Shown here piece by piece: positions 12,524 through 20,955 of a DNA stretch of 32,000 bases (position 1 is its first letter; each line of letters begins with the position of its first letter). Source of the DNA: Dickeya dadantii NCPPB 898 (GTDB lineage: Bacteria; Pseudomonadota; Gammaproteobacteria; Enterobacterales; Enterobacteriaceae); NCBI RefSeq assembly GCF_000406145.1, contig NZ_CM001976.1, positions 4,244,082-4,276,081 on the forward strand. The letters are read 5' to 3'. Position numbers and translations under genes: made by a program. The notes under the pieces are model-generated. The model made no database searches. It was not told the origin of the DNA and worked only from the letters and a program-made list of their open reading frames with translations.

Positions 12524-12546
12524 TGCTATTCGCGGATACGCCGTAA

Positions 12547-14196
<1,650 letters not shown>

Positions 14197-14209
14197 CACA
14201 CTACTCTTC

Positions 14210-14257
14210 GGTTTGAGAACAAGTCGGTTTGAGAACAAATAGGTTTGAGAACAAGTC
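14210..14257. repeat. 3 x 16-bp tandem repeat in the pgi leader
   Basis: The copies are ggtttgagaacaagtc / ggtttgagaacaaata / ggtttgagaacaagtc. They lie 14-61 nt upstream of the pgi ATG. Confidence 0.85.
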
Positions 14258-14353
14258 GGTCGCCGGGCGGGAAATCCTGCCCGCTTTTTCCCGATTGTAT
14301 CCCTTAACGTCGTGCGGGGAAGCCCTTTTCTTGCGAAATGGCGCGCCCCTGAC

Positions 14354-14401
14354 CAATGTTGATCAACAGCAATGTTGATTGACAGCAATGTTGATTGACA
14401 G
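14354..14401. repeat. 3 x 16-bp tandem repeat overlapping the lysC -35 region
   Basis: The copies are caatgttgatcaacag / caatgttgattgacag / caatgttgattgacag. Copies 2 and 3 each carry TTGACA. Confidence 0.85.
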
Positions 14402-14423
14402 CCGCCGCGTTACCCGCTATTTG
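14395..14423 (+). promoter_or_regulatory. Putative lysC promoter
   Basis: TTGACA (14395-14400), a 17-nt spacer, then TATTTG (14418-14423). The predicted start lies just upstream of the first leader hairpin CTTGCGCA/TGCGCAAG (14433-14453). Confidence 0.45.
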
Positions 14424-14449
14424 TAAAAGCCTACTTGCGCACCCGTTGC

Positions 14450-14650
14450 GCAAGCCAGAAGAGGAGCGCCGCCCAGGCAAGGTATCGGAGGAACCGTATC
14501 CGATGAGGATACCAGAGGGGGAGCGGCGCCGAGACAGACGTAACCTACGGTGTTTACGCTGCCGACCGCAGGGGCTGAATCCCCTGGGTTGTCACCCGCA
14601 TCGCTCCGCAAGGCGGAACGATCAGCAAGGTGGAGCGCTTCTGGGTGTGC
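14450..14650 (+). promoter_or_regulatory. Lysine (L-box) riboswitch aptamer in the lysC leader
   Basis: The P1 pair is CCAGAAG (14455-14461) / CTTCTGG (14638-14644). Conserved blocks are AGAGGAGCGC, GGAGGA, GAGGGGG, GGGGCTGAATCCCCTGGGTTGTCACC and GGTGGAGCGCTTCTGGGTG, matching the E. coli lysC leader as I recall it. The expression platform CCGCTCTTCCCTTGTGCCAAGGCT follows. Confidence 0.88.
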
Positions 14651-14765
14651 CGTAGCCAGTAACCTACGCTTGCCCCCTGCTTACCGCTCTTCCCTTGTGC
14701 CAAGGCTTAACGATGGAATGCTGTTGTCGACGACGACAATGACGCCCCTGACACGAGGTTTTTGA

Positions 14766-16130
14766 ATGTCTGCTAACACTGATAACTCACTGATTATCGC
14801 CAAATTCGGCGGCACCAGCGTCGCTGATTTCGACGCCATGAACCGCAGCGCCGACATCGTGCTGTCCGACGCGCAGGTACGGGTGGTGGTGCTGTCCGCC
14901 TCCGCCGGCGTGACCAACCTGCTGGTGGCGCTGGCGGAAGGTTTACCGCCGGCTGAACGCACCGCGCAACTGGAAAAACTGCGCCAGATTCAATACGCCA
15001 TCATCGACCGCCTCAACCAGCCGGCCGTCATCCGTGAAGAAGTCGACCGCATGCTGGACAACGTGGCCCGCCTGTCGGAAGCGGCGGCGCTGGCGACTTC
15101 CAGCGCCCTGACCGACGAACTGGTCAGCCACGGCGAGCTGATATCCACCCTGCTGTTTGTGGAAATTCTGCGCGAGCGCAACGTCGCCGCCGAATGGTTC
15201 GACGTGCGTAAAATCATGCGTACCAACGATCGCTTCGGCCGCGCCGAGCCGGACTGCGACGCGCTGGGCGAACTGACCCGCAGCCAGCTGACGCCGCGTC
15301 TGGCGCAGGGGCTGATCATCACCCAGGGCTTCATCGGCAGCGAAGCCAAAGGCCGCACCACCACGCTGGGCCGCGGCGGCAGCGATTACACCGCCGCCCT
15401 GCTGGGCGAAGCGCTGCACGCCAACCGTATCGACATCTGGACCGACGTGCCCGGCATCTACACCACCGACCCGCGCGTGGTGCCGTCCGCTCACCGCATC
15501 GACCAGATTACCTTTGAAGAAGCGGCCGAAATGGCCACCTTCGGCGCCAAGGTGCTGCACCCGGCCACGCTGCTGCCTGCTGTACGCAGCGACATTCCGG
15601 TATTCGTCGGCTCCAGCAAAGACCCGGCGGCCGGCGGCACGCTGGTGTGCAACAACACCGAAAACCCGCCGCTGTTCCGCGCGCTGGCGCTGCGCCGCAA
15701 GCAGACGCTGCTGACCCTGCATAGCCTTAACATGCTGCACGCGCGCGGCTTTCTGGCGGAAGTGTTCAGTATTCTGGCTCGCCACAACATCTCGGTGGAT
15801 TTGATCACCACCTCCGAGGTGAACGTGGCGCTGACGCTGGACACCACCGGCTCGACCTCGACCGGCGACAGCCTGCTGTCCAGCGCGCTGCTGACCGAAC
15901 TGTCCTCGCTGTGTCGGGTGGAAGTGGAAGAGAACATGTCGCTGGTGGCGCTGATCGGCAACCAGCTGTCGCAGGCCTGCGGCGTCGGCAAAGAGGTGTT
16001 CGGGGTGCTGGAGCCGTTCAACATCCGCCTCATCTGCTACGGCGCCAGCAGCCACAACCTGTGCTTCCTGGTGCCGTCCAGCGATGCCGAGCAGGTGGTA
16101 CAGACGCTGCATCACAATCTGTTTGAATAA
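14766..16130 (+). CDS. lysC: Lysine-sensitive aspartokinase III
   Basis: 454 aa with KFGGTSVADFDAMNRSADIVLSD near the N-terminus and a C-terminal ACT regulatory region. GAGG RBS. Confidence 0.96.
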   Translation: MSANTDNSLIIAKFGGTSVADFDAMNRSADIVLSDAQVRVVVLSASAGVTNLLVALAEGLPPAERTAQLEKLRQIQYAIIDRLNQPAVIREEVDRMLDNVARLSEAAALATSSALTDELVSHGELISTLLFVEILRERNVAAEWFDVRKIMRTNDRFGRAEPDCDALGELTRSQLTPRLAQGLIITQGFIGSEAKGRTTTLGRGGSDYTAALLGEALHANRIDIWTDVPGIYTTDPRVVPSAHRIDQITFEEAAEMATFGAKVLHPATLLPAVRSDIPVFVGSSKDPAAGGTLVCNNTENPPLFRALALRRKQTLLTLHSLNMLHARGFLAEVFSILARHNISVDLITTSEVNVALTLDTTGSTSTGDSLLSSALLTELSSLCRVEVEENMSLVALIGNQLSQACGVGKEVFGVLEPFNIRLICYGASSHNLCFLVPSSDAEQVVQTLHHNLFE

Positions 16131-16209
16131 TGTGGTTTGAATAACGCGGTTTAAATAACACGATGCAATGGCCGGGATAAAACCGGCTACGAGCCATAAA
16201 GGCAGACAG

Positions 16210-16242
16210 ATCCGAAACCCAATGCGGGTTTCGGATTTTTTT
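16210..16242 (+). terminator. lysC rho-independent terminator
   Basis: ATCCGAAACCC aatgc GGGTTTCGGAT followed by TTTTTT. Confidence 0.88.
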
Positions 16243-16370
16243 ATGCCTGCGGTCCGCCACCGCCTCCATGATCCCAACCAATAAAAAAGGATAAACGACA
16301 GAGCCTGCCGCAGCGGAAAACACGATGTTTAACCATCAAGGTGGGAGGAAAAAGGGAACGCGGTGAACAC

Positions 16371-17411
16371 ATGGCAAATCCTCGTGAAATTGTAGAGCTT
16401 AGTCATCACATACGAAAAATCGCCAATAACAAGATTGCCGATATCGACCACATCAACCGGGAAACCACGTTTCTCGCCCTGAATGCTCTGATTGAGGCGG
16501 CACGCGCCGGAGAGGCGGGAAGAGGATTTGCGGTGGTCGCCGCTCAGGTTAAACACGTGGCGTCGCTGATTAACCAAATCACCGCCGACCTTAATCAGGA
16601 ACTGGCAGGCTCGCTGTCAAAGCTGACTGAGCTGGGCGACAGCATGATTTCCCGGCTACACGAGCATGAAAGCGGGCGCCATGTCGATCAGGCATTGAAT
16701 ATGATCGACATTATCGATCGCAACCTGTACGAGCGCTCCTGCGACGTGCGCTGGTGGGCGACGGACACCGCGGTGGTCGCCTGCGCCGCCCATCCGGGTC
16801 ACGCCGAGCGGCAATACGCCTCGCACCGGCTGTCGGTCATTCTGGCGAGCTATACCGTGTATCTGGATTTGTGGGTAACCGACCTGAACGGTACGGTGCT
16901 GGCGAACGGACGCGGGCAGGATTACGACGTCACCGGCCGCAACGTCTCCGACCTTGCCATTTTCCGGCGGGCGAAAGCGACGAAAAACGGCACCGACTAT
17001 GTGGCGGCGGATATCCAGAAAATCGCGCTGTTGCGTAATGCGGCGGTCGCTACCTACGCCACGGCGATTCGTGAAAACGGCGATGAACATGGCCGCCCGG
17101 TCGGCGTACTGCTGATTTTCTTCGACTGGGCGCCGCAGGCCACGACGGTGGTTCGAAATGTGCGCCTGACGGACGAGGAGTGGCGGCATACGCGCTGCCT
17201 GATTGTGGATTCAGCGTCGCGCGTCATCGCCAGTTCCGATGACGCGACGCCACTGGGCGAGCACTTTCCGTTACGCACGGAAGGAAAAGCGTCCGGGTAC
17301 TATCAAACCGACGGCAGAACCCTGTCTTTCGCGCTGACGCCAGGCTATGAAAGCTACCGGGGCCTGGGCTGGTACGGCGTGATCGAACAGCGAACGAACA
17401 CGCCGACATAA
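16371..17411 (+). CDS. Soluble protein with a minimal MCP signalling hairpin-tip (N-terminal) and a sensor-like C-terminal domain
   Basis: Residues about 30-66 read [35 protein letters not shown], close to the canonical chemoreceptor tip. There is no hydrophobic TM segment. The remaining ~230 aa have mixed alpha/beta character. The start is uncertain: ATG 16371 (weak GGTGA SD) or GTG 16341. Confidence 0.7.
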   Translation: MANPREIVELSHHIRKIANNKIADIDHINRETTFLALNALIEAARAGEAGRGFAVVAAQVKHVASLINQITADLNQELAGSLSKLTELGDSMISRLHEHESGRHVDQALNMIDIIDRNLYERSCDVRWWATDTAVVACAAHPGHAERQYASHRLSVILASYTVYLDLWVTDLNGTVLANGRGQDYDVTGRNVSDLAIFRRAKATKNGTDYVAADIQKIALLRNAAVATYATAIRENGDEHGRPVGVLLIFFDWAPQATTVVRNVRLTDEEWRHTRCLIVDSASRVIASSDDATPLGEHFPLRTEGKASGYYQTDGRTLSFALTPGYESYRGLGWYGVIEQRTNTPT

Positions 17412-17416
17412 AACGT

Positions 17417-17447
17417 CGGGCGACGGCAAACACATCGTCGTCGCCCG
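17417..17447. terminator. Hairpin between the MCP-like gene and yjbB (convergent)
   Basis: 9-bp stem CGGGCGACG / CGTCGCCCG (17417-17425 / 17439-17447). Confidence 0.55.
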
Positions 17448-17461
17448 CCTCTTAGCATGGC

Positions 17462-19108
17462 TTACATGGAGACGGAGGACTCTTCCCGCCCTTCGTCCTC
17501 TTCTTCCATCATCATCAGCACGTTGTAAGCCACCGCGCAAAACAGCGAGTTCAGCCGGTTCATGTCGCCCAGCAGTCCGAGGTGCAGCGAACTGGTTTCC
17601 AGGCTCTGCACGTTTTGCTGGTGCAGCCTGTCGACATGCGCGTGGGAATAACGCCGGTTCAGAATGCGGAAACGATGCTTGGCGCGGCGCAACCGTCTGG
17701 CGCTGGTCACGTCCGACGACAGGAACACCGACATTCCCAGCCGCAGGTTGCTCATCAGTTGCTCGTACAGGGTATTGAGTTCGTCCTGCCCGGCGGTCGA
17801 AAAACCGCGCAGCCCATCCGGCGCATGCGCGTCGAGATCGCAGACCACCCGCTCGATGATATCGCCGGCCTGTTCCAGATTGAGCGCCATTTCAATCACT
17901 TCCGCCCAGCGCCGTGAATCGCGCTCGTGCAGCCCGGCCTTTTCAATCTGCGCCAGATAGAGCTTGATGGCGTTGTAGAGCACGTCCACGTCGTCATCCA
18001 GCTTACGGATTTCGCGCACCTGCTGGTGCTCGCCCCGCAGCGTGTTTTGAAACATTTTCAGCATCTGTTCGATCACATCGCCGATGCGCAGCGTCTCCCG
18101 CGCCGCGTTAGCCAGCGCCAGCGTCGGCGTATCGAGCGCGCTGACATCCAGATGACGAGGGCGCAATCGCGGGTCGAGCTCCGGCTCAACCCGCACCAGA
18201 TTGCCGCACAGCTCCGCCATACGCTCGGCAAACGGCAACAGCAGCAGGCAGCGCACCAGGTTGTAAAACAGGTGGAAGTAAATCACCCGTTCTTCATCCG
18301 GCAACGGCACCGCTTCCATTCCGTCCGCCAGATAACCGATGGCCGGCAACGCCGGCAGACAACCAATCAGTTTGAAGAACATGCTCCCCAGCGCCACCTG
18401 CCGCGCCGCCGCGCCCTGTGTGCTGGCGTTCGCCAGCGCCAGAATGCCGCTGCCCAGATTAGCGCCGATCACCAGACACAACGCCACATCCAGAGAGATC
18501 ACATGGCTGGCGGTCAGGGTGGCGGTCAGCAGCACCGCCGCCAGGCTGGAATAACTCACAATGGCGAACACCGCGCCAACCAACGCATCCAGCATCACAT
18601 CGCCCGTCAGCGAGGAAAACAGCACCTTAACCCCGGCGGTCTGGGTGATCGGCGTCGCCGAATCCACAATCAACTCCAGCGCCAGCAGAATCAGCCCCAA
18701 CCCGATGGCAATCCGCCCCAGCTGTCCGGCGCGGGTCTGCTTGCAACTGAGGAAAAAGATAACCCCGAGGAAAATCAGCAAGGGCGACAGCCAGGAGAGA
18801 TCAAACGTCAGCACGCGCACCATCAGCGCGGTGCCGACATCCGCACCCAGAATAATCACCAGCGCCGGCGCCAGCGCAATCAACCCCTGCGAGACAAAGG
18901 AGATCGCGAGCAGCGCGGTGGCGTTGCTGCTCTGCACCAGCGCAGTCACGCCGATGCCGGCGAGAAAGGCCAGCGGCTTACGGCTCACGCTATCGCTGAT
19001 CGTTCGCCGCAGACGGGCGCCGTACACCCGCATAATCCCGGTACGAACAATATGCGTACCCCAGACCAGCAACGCGATGGCAGACAATAAATGCAGCAGC
19101 GTCAACAC
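17462..19108 (-). CDS. yjbB: Na/Pi-cotransporter family protein with a PhoU-like C-terminal domain
   Basis: 548 aa with a GTG start. The N-terminus (V)LTLLHLLSAIALLVWGTHIVRTGIMRV matches E. coli YjbB. The motif VQSSNAT is present. Confidence 0.9.
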   Translation of the reverse strand: MLTLLHLLSAIALLVWGTHIVRTGIMRVYGARLRRTISDSVSRKPLAFLAGIGVTALVQSSNATALLAISFVSQGLIALAPALVIILGADVGTALMVRVLTFDLSWLSPLLIFLGVIFFLSCKQTRAGQLGRIAIGLGLILLALELIVDSATPITQTAGVKVLFSSLTGDVMLDALVGAVFAIVSYSSLAAVLLTATLTASHVISLDVALCLVIGANLGSGILALANASTQGAAARQVALGSMFFKLIGCLPALPAIGYLADGMEAVPLPDEERVIYFHLFYNLVRCLLLLPFAERMAELCGNLVRVEPELDPRLRPRHLDVSALDTPTLALANAARETLRIGDVIEQMLKMFQNTLRGEHQQVREIRKLDDDVDVLYNAIKLYLAQIEKAGLHERDSRRWAEVIEMALNLEQAGDIIERVVCDLDAHAPDGLRGFSTAGQDELNTLYEQLMSNLRLGMSVFLSSDVTSARRLRRAKHRFRILNRRYSHAHVDRLHQQNVQSLETSSLHLGLLGDMNRLNSLFCAVAYNVLMMMEEEDEGREESSVSM

Positions 19109-19140
19109 GGAACTGAGCCTCCCTCAGTCAAAATGGTTAG

Positions 19141-19182
19141 AGAAAAATAGCTATAGAAAAATAGTTATGGAAAAAATGGCAT
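19141..19182. repeat. 3 x 14-bp tandem repeat upstream of yjbB
   Basis: The copies are agaaaaatagctat / agaaaaatagttat / ggaaaaaatggcat. Confidence 0.75.
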
Positions 19183-19230
19183 TCCCGCGCACAAACCCGG
19201 TGTACGTCTCACTTGCGCCCGGTTTTAAGT

Positions 19231-19252
19231 CTGACATCTTACTGACATCTTA
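19231..19252 (+). promoter_or_regulatory. Perfect 2 x 11-bp direct repeat CTGACATCTTA (Pho-box-like)
   Basis: ctgacatctta ctgacatctta. Each copy matches the Pho-box 11-mer CTGTCATAWAW at 8 of 11 positions, with the correct 11-bp phasing. Confidence 0.35.
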
Positions 19253-19433
19253 TCTGTTCTTGAGTGGGTCAGCGGGTGTAAATAAGGGTAATTTTTTTAA
19301 AATCACGGCCTAAATCAATAACCGAGCGTATTTCCCCCACTCGGTACGTTTCTGGCGTTATGCTTCGTCCATCAGCCGTTTCGCCCGACATTGGCGACGG
19401 CATCCTCTTCAGACCTGAGTCAAGGATATACGG

Positions 19434-20888
19434 ATGAAGACCAAAACCGCATATGGCCTGAACTGGCTGGCGCTGCTCATCATTGTGATTGTGACCGCCT
19501 TTTTCTGGCAACTGACGCCGCCAACCGGGCTAAAACCCGCCGCCTGGCACTCCGCCGTACTGTTTGTCGCCACCATCATCAGCATCGTGGCGAACGTGTT
19601 GCCGATCGGCGCCATCGGTATCATCAGTATTACGCTGTTCGCCCTCACCTACGCCGCCGGCGACACCAGCGCCAGCGCCTCCATTCAGACCGCGTTGAGC
19701 GACCTTAACAGCTCGCTGATCTGGCTGATTGTAGTGGCGTTCATGATCGCCCGCGGTTTTATCAAAACCGGCTTGGGCCGTCGCATCGCCTTACAAATGA
19801 TCCGCCTGTTGGGCAAACGCACGTTAGGGCTGGCTTACGGTCTGGCGTTCGCCGATCTGGTGCTATCGCCCGCCATGCCCAGCAACACCGCCCGCTGCGG
19901 CGGGGTGATTTACCCGATTGCCGATTCGCTGGCGCGCAGTTTTGACTCCAAACCGGAAGACGCCTCCCGCAGCAAAATCGGTACCTTTCTGGTGACCTGT
20001 ATCGGCAACGTCAACGACGTCACCGCCGCGCTGTTCATGACCGGTTACACCGGTAACCTGCTGGCGGTGAAACTGGCGGCCAACGCCGGCATCACCATCA
20101 CCTGGGGCAGTTGGTTCATCGCCGCCGTGGTGCCCTGCGTGATTTCTCTGCTGCTGGTGCCGCTGTGCGTCTACATGCTGGCGAAACCGGAAATTCGCCA
20201 TACGCCGGACGCACCGAAACTGGCGGTTGCCGAACTGGAAAAAATGGGAAGCATGTCGCGCGGCGAGTGGCTGATGGCCGCCACCGTGGTGATTCTGCTG
20301 GTGCTGTGGATTTTCGGCGATCTGCTGGGCGTCGACGCCACCACCGCCTCGTTTGTCGGCCTCTCCTTCCTGCTGCTGACCGGCGTATTAAGCTGGGAAG
20401 ATATCAAGAGCGAGAAAGGCGCATGGGATACGCTAATCTGGTTCGCCGCATTGCTGATGATGGCTAACCAGTTGAAGAAACTGGGCTTCACTACCTGGTT
20501 TGGCGACCTGATCGGCAACAGCATCGGTCACCTGATGCAGGACACCAGCTGGGTGCTGGTGCTGCTATTGCTTAACGCCGCCTACTTCTACACCCACTAC
20601 TTTTTCGCCAGCGGCAACGCCCAGATCGCGGCGCTGTACGCGGTGTTCCTCGGCGTGGGCATTAACCTGCACATCCCGGCGGCGCCGATGGCGCTGATGC
20701 TGGCGTTCACCAGCAGCCTGTACTGCTCGCTGACCCAGTACACCCACGCCCGCGGCCCGATTCTGTTCGGCGCCGGCTACGTACCCACCGCCGTCTGGTG
20801 GCGCACCGGCTTTGTCATCAGCCTGATCAATCAGGCGATCTTTATGTCCGCCGGTCTGTTGTGGTGGAAGGTGATCGGGCTTTACTGA
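19434..20888 (+). CDS. DASS-family anion permease (CitT/TtdT-like di/tricarboxylate transporter)
   Basis: 484 aa and polytopic. It is similar along its length to E. coli TtdT/CitT as I recall them (GLGRRIAL, SNTARCGGVIYP, FFASGNAQ, GAGY.PT..WW). Confidence 0.85.
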   Translation: MKTKTAYGLNWLALLIIVIVTAFFWQLTPPTGLKPAAWHSAVLFVATIISIVANVLPIGAIGIISITLFALTYAAGDTSASASIQTALSDLNSSLIWLIVVAFMIARGFIKTGLGRRIALQMIRLLGKRTLGLAYGLAFADLVLSPAMPSNTARCGGVIYPIADSLARSFDSKPEDASRSKIGTFLVTCIGNVNDVTAALFMTGYTGNLLAVKLAANAGITITWGSWFIAAVVPCVISLLLVPLCVYMLAKPEIRHTPDAPKLAVAELEKMGSMSRGEWLMAATVVILLVLWIFGDLLGVDATTASFVGLSFLLLTGVLSWEDIKSEKGAWDTLIWFAALLMMANQLKKLGFTTWFGDLIGNSIGHLMQDTSWVLVLLLLNAAYFYTHYFFASGNAQIAALYAVFLGVGINLHIPAAPMALMLAFTSSLYCSLTQYTHARGPILFGAGYVPTAVWWRTGFVISLINQAIFMSAGLLWWKVIGLY

Positions 20889-20903
20889 GCCTATTCGGCA
20901 TCG

Positions 20904-20941
20904 AAAAAACACAGGCCGGGATAACCCGGCCTGTGTTTTTT
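20904..20941. terminator. Bidirectional terminator between the DASS gene and metH
   Basis: Perfect 17-bp stem AAAAAACACAGGCCGGG ataa CCCGGCCTGTGTTTTTT. Confidence 0.9.
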
Positions 20942-20955
20942 ATTATCCAAATGAA

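Noticed and set aside
14267-14289. Terminator-like hairpin plus T-run on the + strand (GCGGG aaatcctg CCCGC TTTTT).
   Set aside because: There is no + strand gene upstream to terminate. It is better explained as a 5' stem-loop of the minus-strand pgi leader, or as a barrier to antisense transcription. It is mentioned under the pgi leader finding instead.
14197-14388. N-terminal extensions in the ORF track. Examples: pgi +64 codons, metH +36 (24643-24750), aceB +19, epmA +20, yjeI +47, GH26 +37, frdD +24, metA +5.
   Set aside because: The extensions run through promoter, repeat or terminator sequence and lack an RBS. They precede internal ATG/GTG codons that reproduce the N-termini and lengths of the E. 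coli orthologues.
14354-14401. Possibility that the short tandem arrays (12443, 14210, 14354, 19141) are CRISPR or minisatellite loci.
   Set aside because: The units are contiguous, with no spacers and only 2-4 copies. No cas genes or leader are present. They are simple tandem duplications.
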